NCBI GenBank assembly: GCA_042408215.1
Contig: JAYFMW010000003.1
Location: forward strand, 64,001-128,000
DNA from: Microcoleus sp.
Lineage (GTDB): Bacteria; Cyanobacteriota; Cyanobacteriia; Cyanobacteriales; Microcoleaceae
Direction: 5' to 3'
DNA: 64,000 bases
Numbering within the stretch: position 1 is the stretch's first letter; each line of letters starts with the position of its first letter. The notes beneath the pieces were generated by a model. It saw nothing but the letters and a program-made list of their open reading frames with translations. It did no database searches and was not told where the DNA came from. The position numbers were made by a program, and so were the translations under genes. Shown here one piece after another: positions 1 through 10,722 of this stretch.

Positions 1-3000
1 CAGCGCGGCATTCGTGTTCGCCCGATGACTGATGGGGCGACGGTCTTGATTCCCCTGAAAGAAAGGTTGCTGGGACGTGTGTTTGCTAGTGATGTGATTC
101 ATCCCAAAACTGGCGAAATCGTGGCTTTTGGGAAGGAAAGAGCCGTCCGTAATCAACCGATAACAGAAGAACTCGCAGAGGCGATTGGTAAGTCGGGGGT
201 GGCTGAGGTGTTTTTGCGATCGCCCCTAACCTGTGAAGCAACTCGTTCTGTTTGTCAACATTGCTATGGCTGGAGTTTGGCTCACGGAAAGATGGTCGAT
301 ATGGGAGAGGCGATCGGGATTATTGCTGCTCAGTCGATCGGAGAACCAGGTACTCAATTAACAATGCGAACCTTCCACACCGGAGGAGTCTTCACGGGAG
401 AAGTAGCCAAACAAGAACGTGCTCCATTTCCAGGAATTGTTAAATTCAAAAACCTTCGCACTCGTTCTTTCCGTACTCGCCACGGAGAAGAAGCTTTAGT
501 CGCCGAGAGCAGTGGGAAATTAGTCCTAGAAGGAGATGGTTTTGAAGAAGGGAAGTCTGGGGCTAAGAATCAGAAGCTAAAAATCGAATTGGCGATCGCC
601 CAAGGTTCGACAGTCATGGTGAGAGATGGACAGCGGGCGATTCCGAATCAAATTTTGGCTGAGGTGCCGATCGCTGGTCGAGCTGCTCGTAAAACTACCG
701 AAAAAGTGACGACAGATGTAGCTTCCGATTTAGCCGGTGAAGCCAAGTTTGCTGATTTAATTCCAGAAGAAAAGACCGATCGCCAAGGTAATACTACTCG
801 TACAGCTAGTAAGGGTGGTTTGGTTTGGATTTTGTCGGGGGAAGTCTATAACTTACCTCCGGGAGCAGAACCGGCTGTCAAAAATGGCGATCGCATCGCG
901 GCCAACAGCGTGCTTGCGGAAACTAAGCTTGTTTCGGAACATGGTGGAGTCGTTCGGATTGCGGATGAACGGGAGATTGAGATTATTACAGCTCAGGTTT
1001 TGTTGGACCAGGCCGTCGTTCGGGCCGAAAGTGTGGGCGGTCGCGACCATTATGTGATTGAAACAGCATCTAATCAAAAGTTTTCTCTGAAGACAGCTCC
1101 TGGTAGCAAAGTTGTGAATGGGGAGGTTGTCGCCGAGCTTCTGGATGATAGTTACCGCACGGCTACGGGGGGTATTGTCAAATACGCCGGGGTTGAGGTC
1201 CACAAACGCGGCAAAGCTAAACTTGGCTACGAAGTAGTGAAGGGCGGCACTCTGCTGTGGATACCGGAGGAGTGTCATGAGGTTAACAAAGACATTTCGC
1301 TGTTGCTGGTGGAGGATGGTCAGTATGTGGAGGCTGGTACTGAGGTAGTCAAGGATATTTTCTGCCAAACTAGCGGAGCTGTAGAAGTAACCCAGAAGAA
1401 CGACATCCTTCGGGAAATTGTGATCAAGCCCGGTGAACTTCATGCTTTGGATCGTCCTCTTTTGAGTTTGGGTGAAGGTCAAATTGTCTCTGCTGGTCAG
1501 GAAATTTTTCCGGGTTTGGTTGCTTCGGAATTAGGGTATGCGGAGTATATTGAAACCCCTGAAGGCCCGGCTTTGTTGTTGCGTCCTGTGGTTGAGTTTC
1601 CGGTACCGGATAAGCCGCCTATTCCTTCTCAGACTGCTCTGAATGAGTCGATCGCATTAAAAGCTGTTCAACGTCTCCCTTACAAAGATGGGGAGCGGGT
1701 TAAGTCTGTGGATGGTTTGGAGCTTTTGCGGACGCAGTTGATTTTGGAGATTGGCGGTTCAGCGCCTCAGTTGGCTGCTGATATTGAGTTGCTTTCGGAT
1801 GAAGTCGATGCGGAGGCTTTTGGGGCTGATGGTTCTGGGCCGGCTTGGTCTGGTTCCCGGTCTGTGGCGTCTGGGGAGATGGTTCTGGCGGATGAAACGG
1901 CTGTTTCTAAGCCGATGCGTTTGCAGTTGGTGATTCTGGAGTCTTTGGCTGTGCGGCGGGATATTGTTGCGGATCCGACTCAGGGGAGTACCCATACGAG
2001 GTTGTTGGTGGAGGATGGACAGTCGATCGCTCCTGGTGCGGTGGTTGCTCGGACGGAAATCCTGTGTAAGGAGGCGGGTGTTGTCCGTGGTATTCGGGAG
2101 GGTTTGAATGAGCCTATTCGCCGCTTGTTGGTGATGCGGGATGTTGATTCGATAAGTGTTGATGTCGCGGGGGAACCTGCGGTGAGTCCTGGTCAGTTGT
2201 TGGTGGCTGGTACGGAGGTGGCTCCGGGTATTTTTCTGGAGGAGTCGGGTCAGGTTGTGAGGGTGATTCGGCCGACGATTGAGGGGGAGCCGGCAAAGAT
2301 TGTTCTGCGTATAGCTCGTCCTTATCGGGTGTCTGCGGGTGCTGTGCTCCATGTGGATGATGGGGATTTGGTGCAGCGGGGGGATAATTTGGTGATTCTG
2401 GTTTTTGAGCGGGCTAAGACTGGGGATATTATCCAGGGTTTGCCGCGGATTGAGGAGTTGTTGGAGGCGCGGAAGCCGAAGGAGGCTTGTATTTTGGCGA
2501 AGCGTCCGGGTGTTGCTCAGTTGGTGGCTTCCGATGACAATATTGAGCTGGCTGTTGTTGAAGATGATGGTCGGATTGAGCAGTATCCTTTGTTACCCGG
2601 TCAGAATCCGATTGTTTCCGATGGACAGCGGGTGGCGACGGCGGAGGCTCTGACGGATGGGCCTGCCAATCCTCATGAGATTTTGGAGGTTTATTTTGAT
2701 GTGCTGAAGGAGTTGCGTCCTACTTTTGATGCTGCTTTGGAGAGTTTTCAACAGGTGCAGACTTTTTTGGTGAACGAGGTCCAGGCGGTGTATCAGTCTC
2801 AGGGTGTTGATATTTCTGATAAACACATTGAGGTGATTGTCAGACAGATGACCAATAAAGTGAGGTTGGAGGATGGCGGTGATACTACCATGCTTCCTGG
2901 GGAGTTGGTGGAGTTGCGGCAGGTTGAGCAGGTGAATGAGGCGATGTCGATTACTGGTGGGGCTCCGGCGGATTATACTCCTGTGTTGTTGGGGATTACG

Positions 3001-3462
3001 AAGGCTTCGCTGAATACTGATAGTTTTATTTCGGCTGCTTCGTTTCAGGAGACTACGCGGGTTTTGACTGAGGCTGCGATCGAGGGTAAGTCTGATTGGT
3101 TGCGTGGTTTGAAGGAGAATGTGATTATTGGGCGGCTGATTCCGGCGGGGACTGGGTTTAATGCTTATGAGGAGCTGAGTGTGTCGGCGGAGGCTGTTGA
3201 TGATGCTGTTTTTGATGATGATGTTCATCATTTGCAGGAGGATGTGGTGCTGGACGATCGGTCTGCGCGTCGTGCTTATGCGATCGAGAGTAAGTTTGAT
3301 GTGACTGATGCTTCTGATGTTGACAGTGATGATGATTTTGGGGAGGAGATTGAGGTGGAGGAGGAGGATTTTGTGGTTGAGTCGGATGATGATGCGATCG
3401 GGGCGATCGGGTTGGATGATGATGATGATATTGGTTACGATTTTGATGAGGATGATGATTAA
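1..3462 (+). CDS. rpoC2: RNA polymerase subunit beta'' (RpoC2), 5'-truncated by the window edge
   Basis: The frame is open from base 1. Motifs [45 protein letters not shown] and [19 protein letters not shown] are present, with the large cyanobacterial insertion and an acidic tail. Confidence 0.98.
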   Translation, partial: QRGIRVRPMTDGATVLIPLKERLLGRVFASDVIHPKTGEIVAFGKERAVRNQPITEELAEAIGKSGVAEVFLRSPLTCEATRSVCQHCYGWSLAHGKMVDMGEAIGIIAAQSIGEPGTQLTMRTFHTGGVFTGEVAKQERAPFPGIVKFKNLRTRSFRTRHGEEALVAESSGKLVLEGDGFEEGKSGAKNQKLKIELAIAQGSTVMVRDGQRAIPNQILAEVPIAGRAARKTTEKVTTDVASDLAGEAKFADLIPEEKTDRQGNTTRTASKGGLVWILSGEVYNLPPGAEPAVKNGDRIAANSVLAETKLVSEHGGVVRIADEREIEIITAQVLLDQAVVRAESVGGRDHYVIETASNQKFSLKTAPGSKVVNGEVVAELLDDSYRTATGGIVKYAGVEVHKRGKAKLGYEVVKGGTLLWIPEECHEVNKDISLLLVEDGQYVEAGTEVVKDIFCQTSGAVEVTQKNDILREIVIKPGELHALDRPLLSLGEGQIVSAGQEIFPGLVASELGYAEYIETPEGPALLLRPVVEFPVPDKPPIPSQTALNESIALKAVQRLPYKDGERVKSVDGLELLRTQLILEIGGSAPQLAADIELLSDEVDAEAFGADGSGPAWSGSRSVASGEMVLADETAVSKPMRLQLVILESLAVRRDIVADPTQGSTHTRLLVEDGQSIAPGAVVARTEILCKEAGVVRGIREGLNEPIRRLLVMRDVDSISVDVAGEPAVSPGQLLVAGTEVAPGIFLEESGQVVRVIRPTIEGEPAKIVLRIARPYRVSAGAVLHVDDGDLVQRGDNLVILVFERAKTGDIIQGLPRIEELLEARKPKEACILAKRPGVAQLVASDDNIELAVVEDDGRIEQYPLLPGQNPIVSDGQRVATAEALTDGPANPHEILEVYFDVLKELRPTFDAALESFQQVQTFLVNEVQAVYQSQGVDISDKHIEVIVRQMTNKVRLEDGGDTTMLPGELVELRQVEQVNEAMSITGGAPADYTPVLLGITKASLNTDSFISAASFQETTRVLTEAAIEGKSDWLRGLKENVIIGRLIPAGTGFNAYEELSVSAEAVDDAVFDDDVHHLQEDVVLDDRSARRAYAIESKFDVTDASDVDSDDDFGEEIEVEEEDFVVESDDDAIGAIGLDDDDDIGYDFDEDDD

Positions 3463-3590
3463 TAGTTAATAGTTAATTGTTAATGGTTAACTGTTAACTG
3501 TTAATAGTTAACTGTTAATAGTTAATTGTTAACAGTTAACAGTTAACAGTTGACAGTTAACAGTTGACAGTTGACAGTTGACAGTTGACA
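3460..3590. repeat. STRR heptamer tract (TAATAGT/TAACTGT/GTTGACA), partly inverted
   Basis: 7-bp periodic repeats directly after the rpoC2 stop. Confidence 0.9.
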
Positions 3591-3636
3591 CATCGAGACT
3601 CACAACTTACTCCTGACTGGGAGTAAATTCGGCGAT

Positions 3637-3745
3637 ACTTCGACGGAGTTTATCCTGAACCCTTCGACTATGTGGTCTCTGAGCCCTTCGGCTTACTTCG
3701 ACTACGCTCCGCACAAGTCGCTCAGGGTAAACTCCGTGGAAGGGT
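3637..3745. repeat. Nested palindromic dispersed repeat (CTTCGACTACGCTCAG family), copy 1
   Basis: Outer arms ACGGAGTTTATCCTGA and TCAGGGTAAACTCCGT enclose further CTTCGACTA units. A related copy lies at 4881-4978. Confidence 0.75.
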
Positions 3746-3839
3746 TTAGCACACCGTCTGTAAAATTCAATGAATTTATTTTTGTGTCAATTCCAGTAAC
3801 ACCGGAAGGGTTGACTGTTGACTATTGACTGTTGAAAAT

Positions 3840-3910
3840 CAATTACGAATTAATTAATTACGAATTACGAGGGAATAATTCGTAATTCGTAATTCTTAAT
3901 TCGTAATTCT
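3840..3910. repeat. Inverted STRR tract (AATTACG / CGTAATT)
   Basis: Heptamer repeats in head-to-head orientation. Confidence 0.8.
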
Positions 3911-4453
3911 CAGTGTCGGTGTCTCTACAGTACGCGCATTTTATGAATTTCCCCTGACTCGATTGTTCTGATGCGATCGGGAAACGAGGTTAGATTATCT
4001 CCGGTGAATTCCCTCCGCTTCGCTCCACCTATGATAAATTCTGAAGAAGCATTCAAATGAAGGGCATAGGGCATAGGGCATAGGGCATAGGGCATGGGGC
4101 CTGGGACTTGCCTACGTACTTCACTTTCTTGAGAACCGCCCAGCGAGTAAATTCGATTAATGCTAGTGACTGATGAGTGACCCAACACAACGACTGCGTT
4201 TATCCGCTCGCCCTTCGAATACGCTCTTCGGGTAAACGCAGTCGCCCAAGCGATCGCGCACCGCAAAAATGACCAGACTGTGATTAGTTATTGGTTATTA
4301 GTTATTAGTTATTAGTTATTGGTTATTGGTTATTGGTTATTGGGAGCAACTCACAAATAACAACTAACACCTAACAACCAACACCTAACAACTACGAACC
4401 AACAAATCACAAATCACAAATAACCAACGGTCAACGGCAAGAGTGTCTTCTGT

Positions 4454-4852
4454 TTACTCTTGCGGGAGCAAAGCCTTGATCTGATCGACAAACTGTTGAT
4501 GGTCTACCACAGGTTTAGAAATGTAACCATCTGCACCGCTCTGATCCAGAAAAGTTTCGCGATCGCCCGCCATCGCGTGAGCAGTCACCAAAATAATCGG
4601 CAGCGAGGCCGTTTGCGGGTCAGCTTTGAGCAATTGAGTAATCTTAATACCGTCAACAGCTTTCCCCTGGTATACGCTGCGAGAAAGAGACACATCCATT
4701 AAAATCAAGTCAGCTTCCCCTGAAGCAGCAATCTGCATCACCTCTTCGACGTTTTCCGTGTGCTTCACGGCTAAGCCTCCCCGCTTAGTCAGAATTTTGG
4801 AAAAAACCCGAGCATTCACCAAATCGTCCTCTACAATCAGAACGGTTTTCAT
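4454..4852 (-). CDS. Single-domain response regulator (DivK-like receiver)
   Basis: Motifs MKTVLIVEDD, LILMD, LVTAHAM and YISKP. The likely ATG is at 4852 behind GAGGGAAG; the longer ORF start runs into a repeat. Confidence 0.9.
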   Translation of the reverse strand: MKTVLIVEDDLVNARVFSKILTKRGGLAVKHTENVEEVMQIAASGEADLILMDVSLSRSVYQGKAVDGIKITQLLKADPQTASLPIILVTAHAMAGDRETFLDQSGADGYISKPVVDHQQFVDQIKALLPQE

Positions 4853-4880
4853 CTGTCTTCCCTCTGAGAGACCCCCACCA

Positions 4881-4978
4881 TACTTCGGCGGAGTTGATCC
4901 TGAGCCCAACGACGGAGTTTACCCTGAGCGTAGTCGAAGGGCTCAGGATAAACTCCGTCGAATAGATCGGCACAAGTA
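4881..4978. repeat. Nested palindromic dispersed repeat, copy 2 (upstream of the response regulator)
   Basis: GACGGAGTTTACCCTGAGCGTAGTCGAAGGGCTCAGGATAAACTCCGTC is an inverted relative of 3637-3745. Confidence 0.75.
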
Positions 4979-5480
4979 GCTGTACTCAGCAAGGTGGCGG
5001 GAGAAAAAGGGGGGCTGGATCTATGCAACATATCAGTTAAGTTAATATTGAGTTAAAGAAACCCGTTTTGCCGGACTGGTGAGCAAACATTAGCACTATT
5101 TACTCCTACAGTTTAGGAGAGGCTTCCGATACTGTAGCCCGACTTGTGCGAGGGTGGCGCAGCAGTCAGGCGTTTAAATAGAGAAAATCTCCTCGCTCGC
5201 TGACAACTGGTGACGTGAGCTTCGATCGTGTTAGTGGTAGGCGCAATTCAAGGCAATATAAAGGTTAGGGTAAGAGTGGAGGGTAAAAGGCAAGTGTTGC
5301 CATTCTTCGGCACTCTCCCGTCTTCGGCACTCTTTAAGTTGATTTTTATCCTCCTGCGAATGCGGTTTTGTCGAACTTTTGACTCCCTTGCAGCAAACGG
5401 TTTTCACTCTTCTACAGGTAACCACGACGAGCGCATTGACTCTTGTCCTAGCACTCAGGAATTAACGGACACAAGGACTC

Positions 5481-8036
5481 ATGGCTAAACAACTCAACCT
5501 ACTTTCCGGGCAAGTAATTTCTACGGCTTTGCACACCGAGATGCAGCAATCGTACCTCGAATATGCCATGAGTGTGATCGTAGGGCGAGCTTTGCCTGAT
5601 GTCCGCGACGGTTTAAAGCCGGTTCACCGCCGGATTTTGTACGCGATGCACGAACTGGGGATGACGCCCGATCGCCCCTACCGTAAGTGTGCCAGGGTAG
5701 TTGGAGATGTTTTGGGAAAATATCACCCCCACGGCGACCAATCTGTTTACGATGCTTTGGTACGCATGGTTCAGGATTTTTCGAGTCGCTATCCTTTACT
5801 TGCCGGTCACGGCAATTTCGGTTCGGTGGACAATGACCCGGCTGCTGCTATGCGCTATACCGAAACTAGGCTGGCATCGATCGCTCATGAAGCTATGTTA
5901 AACCAAGTCGGGGAGGCAACTGTCGATTTTACTGCTAACTTCGACAGTTCGCAGCAGGAACCGACTGCATTGCCGGCGATGTTGCCGTTTTTGGTGCTCA
6001 ACGGCTGTACTGGGATTGCTGTGGGGATGGCAACTAATATCCCACCACACAATTTGGGGGAGGTGGTAGACGGTTTAATTGCTTTGATTGAAAACCCCGA
6101 ACTCTCGGACGAGAAGTTGCTGCAACTGATTCCGGGGCCGGATTTCCCCACCGGAGGGGAAATTGTCGCTACAGAGGGCATTGTTGATGCCTACACTAAG
6201 GGGCGAGGCAGTATTACAGTCAGGGGTGTGGCCTCAGTGGAGGAAGTGCCTGGTAATCGCAAGGTACGGACGAAAACGGCGATCGTGGTGACGGAGTTTC
6301 CTTTTCAGGTGAATAAGGCTGCTTGGATTGAAAAGGTGGCGGATTTGGTGAATGCCGGACGGCTGGATGGTATTGCTGATTTGCGGGACGAAAGCGATCG
6401 CGATGGCATTCGAGTTGTAATTGAACTCAAGCGGGAATTTACCCCAGAAACTGTTTTGGCTCGTCTTTATCAACAAACTGACTTGCAAACTAATTTTGGG
6501 GCAATTTTGCTGGCAATTGTGCATGGTCAACCCCGACAATTGACTCTGAGGCAACTTTTGCAGGAATTTCTCGATTTCCGGGAAGTGACTCTGACTCGTC
6601 GCTACAATTACGAGTTGCAGGCGGCCGGGTGCCGCTGTCACATTGTCGAAGGGTTAATGGTGGCTTTGACAAATCTCGATGTGGCGATCGACATTCTCAG
6701 AAATGCTCCTGACGGCACTACTGCTAAGGAAATCTTCCAAATTCGGCTCGATTTGAGCGAAAGTCAGGCTGATGCGATTTTGGCTATGCCGATGCGACGA
6801 CTGACTGGTTTGGAAAGGCAAAATTTGCAGTCGGAGTTGGATCAGTTGATGACTAAAATTGAAGAATTCCAGCGGTTGTTGGGCGATCGGCGCGAACTTT
6901 TGAAGGCTTTAAAGAAAGAATTGCGATCGCTCAAACGTAAGTATGCTGACCCCCGCCGCACGAGATTGGTAAATGCGGCTTCCCCTGCGGCCCAGGGCGA
7001 GCCACAAGTCGCTGGTAAGAGAAATTCGGCTCCGAAGCAGTCTGATGCTCCATTGCAAATACCTAATATCTTATTGCCGGTTCAGGAGGCAGAGGAAACT
7101 CTGGTTGAATTTACACACAAACAGTATGTGCGCCGTCTGTTGGTGAGCGATCGACAGCGGTCTAAAAATCGCGAAAAGTCGGTTCAAGCTTTAGATAAAA
7201 ATGAAGATTTTATCGTCACTGCCAAGCAAACTAAAACCGATCGCACTTTGGTAATATTAACTCCTAGTGGCAAAGCTTACCCGCTGAAAGTTGCTGATAT
7301 TCCCATTACCAACGGGCGAGATCGGGGAACGCCGATCGTCAGTTTGCTATCACCTTCGGCTACTAAAGAAAGTGCAGGTAGAGCTTTGTCGGAAATCACA
7401 ATCGCACACTTTATTTTGCCGGAGAATTCGGAAGCGACCGACTTGGTAACTCTGACTCAGCAAGGGAAAATTAAGCGCTTGCCTCTTTCAGAATTTGCTG
7501 AATTGACTAATCGTGGTGTGACTGTTGTTAAGCTCAAGGATGACGATCGGCTGCGTTGTGCCAGTCTGTGCAAAGTTGGCGAACAAGTCGCGATCGCCAC
7601 CACCGGAGGCCGAGTGCTCCGTTTTGAGATCTCGGAGGAACAACTGCCGCCGATGGGCCGCGCCGCCCAGGGTTCTCAAGCAACGCGGCTGCGGAAGAAC
7701 GAACAGTTGGTGGGTTGCGTCACTCTCGACCCGAAAGAAAGTCTAGTGTTATTTTCGGAGTTGGGTTGGGCAAAACGGATGCCGGCGAGTTCTGTCAGAC
7801 TTACTAACCGCGGTGAAATTGGTCAATACGCTTTTCGTTTCGCCGATCCCTCTGATGCTTTGGTTGGTCTGCTACGGGCTGTTCCCGGTTCGGATGTTAA
7901 ACTTTTAACTAATACAGGGCGAATCCTGCGATCGGCTACTGATGCTATTGCTTTTTGGGGGAAGGATGCTGCGGGCGATCGGGCTTTTGACCTCCATCCT
8001 GCTGAGAAAATTATCAAAGTAGTCCTTAGTCATTAG
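5481..8036 (+). CDS. gyrA: Type IIA topoisomerase subunit A (GyrA/ParC-like paralog)
   Basis: Motifs [22 protein letters not shown] and AAMRY (catalytic Tyr), followed by C-terminal pinwheel repeats. No GyrA-box is recognisable. Confidence 0.92.
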   Translation: MAKQLNLLSGQVISTALHTEMQQSYLEYAMSVIVGRALPDVRDGLKPVHRRILYAMHELGMTPDRPYRKCARVVGDVLGKYHPHGDQSVYDALVRMVQDFSSRYPLLAGHGNFGSVDNDPAAAMRYTETRLASIAHEAMLNQVGEATVDFTANFDSSQQEPTALPAMLPFLVLNGCTGIAVGMATNIPPHNLGEVVDGLIALIENPELSDEKLLQLIPGPDFPTGGEIVATEGIVDAYTKGRGSITVRGVASVEEVPGNRKVRTKTAIVVTEFPFQVNKAAWIEKVADLVNAGRLDGIADLRDESDRDGIRVVIELKREFTPETVLARLYQQTDLQTNFGAILLAIVHGQPRQLTLRQLLQEFLDFREVTLTRRYNYELQAAGCRCHIVEGLMVALTNLDVAIDILRNAPDGTTAKEIFQIRLDLSESQADAILAMPMRRLTGLERQNLQSELDQLMTKIEEFQRLLGDRRELLKALKKELRSLKRKYADPRRTRLVNAASPAAQGEPQVAGKRNSAPKQSDAPLQIPNILLPVQEAEETLVEFTHKQYVRRLLVSDRQRSKNREKSVQALDKNEDFIVTAKQTKTDRTLVILTPSGKAYPLKVADIPITNGRDRGTPIVSLLSPSATKESAGRALSEITIAHFILPENSEATDLVTLTQQGKIKRLPLSEFAELTNRGVTVVKLKDDDRLRCASLCKVGEQVAIATTGGRVLRFEISEEQLPPMGRAAQGSQATRLRKNEQLVGCVTLDPKESLVLFSELGWAKRMPASSVRLTNRGEIGQYAFRFADPSDALVGLLRAVPGSDVKLLTNTGRILRSATDAIAFWGKDAAGDRAFDLHPAEKIIKVVLSH

Positions 8037-8268
8037 TCAGTAGTCATTAGTCAGTAGTCAGTAGTCAGTAGTCATTAGTCAGTAGTCATTAGTCAGTAGT
8101 CATTAGTCATTAGTCAGTAGTCATTAGTCATTAGTCATTAGTCATTAGTCATTAGTTATTTGTTATTGGTTGCTTCCCATGCCCCATGCCCCATGCCCCA
8201 TGCCCCATGCCCCATGCCCCATGCCCCATGCCCCATGCCCCATGCCCCATGCCCCATGCCCCATGCCC
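8025..8268. repeat. STRR tracts (TCATTAG/TCAGTAG, then CCCCATG)
   Basis: Two adjacent 7-bp tandem arrays between the topoisomerase and ABC ATPase genes. Confidence 0.95.
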
Positions 8269-8285
8269 AATTCTAAAATTGTCTG

Positions 8286-9659
8286 ATGGCCCAAGTTGTA
8301 TTAGAAAATATCTACAAAACTTTTCCCCTCCGCCAAGGAGAACAGGAACAAGAGGCAAATACTACAGAAAATGCCTCACCAGATGCCCCTCGCTCAACGT
8401 CTAACACTGTTTTGCGACGGATTAACTTGACTGTCGAAGACGGGGAATTCATGGTGTTGGTGGGGCCGAGTGGCTGCGGAAAAAGCACTTTGCTGCGAGC
8501 GATCGCAGGTTTGGAAATCGTGACTGCTGGCAATATTTGGGTGGGCGATCGGCTCGTGAACGATTTGCCGCCCTTCGACCGAGATATTGCTATGGTATTT
8601 CAAAATTATGCTCTCTATCCTCACTTAACAGTTTACGATAATCTCGCTTTTGGATTGCGGCGATCGGGAAGGGAGAAGAAGTCATTAGTCATTAGTCAGC
8701 AGTCCTTAGGAAGAAGGGAGAAGAAGTCATTAGGAAGAAGGGAGAAGAAAGAAGAGATTATTGGCGAAATCAAGAATTTGGTTGTTAATAATTTAGAAAA
8801 ATATCAAATTTATTCTTTATTAGAGGATTTCTTAGTAGGAATAACTCGCAAGTTGCCTTCTGGTTTGCGCTATTTTTCGGAACGGGAAAAAGCAGTTGGA
8901 GAACGGGTGCTGAAAGTTGCTCAATTATTGCAAATAGAATCTCTGTTAAATCGCTTACCAAAACAACTTTCGGGAGGGCAAAAACAGCGGGTAGCTTTGG
9001 GTAGGGCTATGGCTCGAAATCCTGAAGTTTTTTTGATGGACGAACCGCTGTCTAATCTGGATGCTAAATTGAGGGCGGAAACTCGATCGCAAATTGTGCA
9101 GTTACAGCGACAGTTGGGGACGACAACTATTTATGTTACTCACGACCAAACTGAGGCGATGACTATGGGCGATCGGATTGCGATTATGAAGGTCGGTCAA
9201 CTTCAGCAAGTAGCTCAACCTCTAGAACTTTACAACAAGCCGGCTAACTTGTTTGTCGCTGAGTTTATCGGTTCTCCGCCGATGAATTTTTTGCCTGTGC
9301 AATTTACGGCTCCGCTGTTAATTTCTCACCCGCAATTCCGCTTCACTTTACCAGATATTTGGGCAAAAAGTTTACAAAAATATGACGGTAAATCGCTCAT
9401 TTTGGGAATCCGGCCAGAACACCTGACCATTCACCCCCCTGCTACGAAAAATCTTTCGGTTCAAGTGGATGTTGTCGAAGCTTTGGGACACGAAACCTAT
9501 TTGCGGGTCAGCTTGACGGATGCTCCGGCTGTACAGTTGCAAGTGCGAGTTCCTCCTGAGCGATCGATCCGAGTTGGTGAGGAGCTTTGGCTGGCGATCG
9601 CCCATGACAAAATTCACCTCTTTGACCCCGACACTGAGTTAGCCATATTTCCCCGTTAG
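8286..9659 (+). CDS. Carbohydrate ABC transporter ATP-binding protein (MalK/UgpC/GgtA family)
   Basis: Motifs GPSGCGKST, LSGGQKQR, DEPLSNLD and FIGSPPMN, with a TOBE C-terminus and an in-frame repeat-derived insert. Confidence 0.93.
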   Translation: MAQVVLENIYKTFPLRQGEQEQEANTTENASPDAPRSTSNTVLRRINLTVEDGEFMVLVGPSGCGKSTLLRAIAGLEIVTAGNIWVGDRLVNDLPPFDRDIAMVFQNYALYPHLTVYDNLAFGLRRSGREKKSLVISQQSLGRREKKSLGRREKKEEIIGEIKNLVVNNLEKYQIYSLLEDFLVGITRKLPSGLRYFSEREKAVGERVLKVAQLLQIESLLNRLPKQLSGGQKQRVALGRAMARNPEVFLMDEPLSNLDAKLRAETRSQIVQLQRQLGTTTIYVTHDQTEAMTMGDRIAIMKVGQLQQVAQPLELYNKPANLFVAEFIGSPPMNFLPVQFTAPLLISHPQFRFTLPDIWAKSLQKYDGKSLILGIRPEHLTIHPPATKNLSVQVDVVEALGHETYLRVSLTDAPAVQLQVRVPPERSIRVGEELWLAIAHDKIHLFDPDTELAIFPR

Positions 9660-9802
9660 TGACAGAAGTCATTGGTCATTGGTCATTGGTCATTGGTCAT
9701 TAGTCATTAGTCATCAGTCATTAGTCATCAGTCATTAGTCATCAGTCATCAGTCATTGGTCACATGACTTATATCAAAAAGTTGCACTTTTTCCAAGCAT
9801 CT

Positions 9803-9840
9803 GTTATATTAATTTACATAAGCTCACAAAAGTTAACGAA
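9803..9840 (+). promoter_or_regulatory. HLR1-like (RpaB-binding) octamer array upstream of hli; second copy at 10316-10353
   Basis: GTTATATT-aa-TTTACATA-ag-CTCACAAA-ag-TTAACGAA: 10-bp-spaced imperfect matches to (G/T)TTACA(T/A)(T/A). Confidence 0.6.
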
Positions 9841-9853
9841 AGGAGTTCATACC

Positions 9854-10006
9854 ATGCAAGAACCAAAACGCAACGCTTGGAGCTGGGGCTTCAGCGAAGG
9901 AGCCGAAAATTGGAACGGTCGTCTGGCGATGATTGGTTTCTCTGCTGCTGTCATCATCGAATTGGTTTCCGGTCAAGGCGTGCTTCACTTTTGGGGCCTA
10001 ATGTAA
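9854..10006 (+). CDS. hli: High-light-inducible protein (Hli/SCP), copy 1
   Basis: Chlorophyll-binding motif AENWNGRLAMIG and an AGGAG ribosome-binding site. Confidence 0.95.
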   Translation: MQEPKRNAWSWGFSEGAENWNGRLAMIGFSAAVIIELVSGQGVLHFWGLM

Positions 10007-10036
10007 TTTTTTAGTTGATACGTTTCAGGAATTACG

Positions 10037-10073
10037 AAATTTGGGAGTTTCTTTCGAGACTCCCAAATTTTTT
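10037..10073 (+). terminator. Intrinsic terminator after hli copy 1; second copy at about 10553-10586
   Basis: Stem TTTGGGAGT...ACTCCCAAA followed by a T-tract. Confidence 0.8.
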
Positions 10074-10366
10074 GTACTGATTTTCGACTCGCAGCCAACA
10101 GTCAACCGTCAACCGTCAACAGTCAACAGTCAACCGTCAACAGTCAACAATCATTGCTGAGTGCAAACCGAATCCAAATCACTCTTTTGGGTGATGCTAG
10201 GCAAATACTCTATTGGTCATTAGTCATTGGTCATTAGTCATTAGTCATTAGTCATCAGTCATCAGTCATTGGTCACATGACTTATATCAAAAAGTTGCAC
10301 TTTAGTCAAGCATCTGTTATATTAATTTACATAAGCTCACAAAAGTTAACGAAAGGAGTTCATACC

Positions 10367-10519
10367 ATGCAAGAACCAAAACGCAACGCTTGGAGCTGGG
10401 GCTTCAGCGAAGGAGCCGAAAATTGGAACGGTCGTCTGGCGATGATTGGTTTCTCTGCTGCTGCGATCGTTGAATTGGTTTCCGGTCAAGGCGTGCTTCA
10501 CTTTTGGGGTCTCATCTAA
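10367..10519 (+). CDS. hli: High-light-inducible protein (Hli/SCP), copy 2
   Basis: Same motif and ribosome-binding site as copy 1. Confidence 0.95.
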   Translation: MQEPKRNAWSWGFSEGAENWNGRLAMIGFSAAAIVELVSGQGVLHFWGLI

Positions 10520-10722
10520 TTTTTGAGTTGATACCTTTCAGATACTGAAAAGTTTGGGAGTTTCTTTCGAGACTCCCAAATTTTTTGTACTGATTTTCGA
10601 CTCGCAGCCAACAGTCAACCGTCAACCGTCAACCGTCAACAGTCAACCGTCAACAGTCAACAATCATTGCTGAGTGCAAACCGAATCCAAATCACTCTTT
10701 TGGGTGATGCTAGGCAAATACT

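Noticed and set aside
853..3231. Long antisense ORFs opposite rpoC2 (197-212 aa)
   Set aside because: Shadow ORFs explained by codon bias in rpoC2, with no recognisable motifs.
4853..4909. Upstream start for the response regulator
   Set aside because: It begins within a dispersed repeat, and the receiver domain starts at MKTVLIVEDD.
8025..8404. ORFs MPHAPC.. and GHGAWGM.. and a possible CRISPR array
   Set aside because: These are translations of pure heptamer STRRs with no unique spacers. No CRISPR array was seen anywhere in the window.
9764..9853. 30-aa N-terminal extension of Hli (also 10277-10366)
   Set aside because: It overlaps the promoter/HLR1-like region, and the AGGAG ribosome-binding site points to MQEPK.
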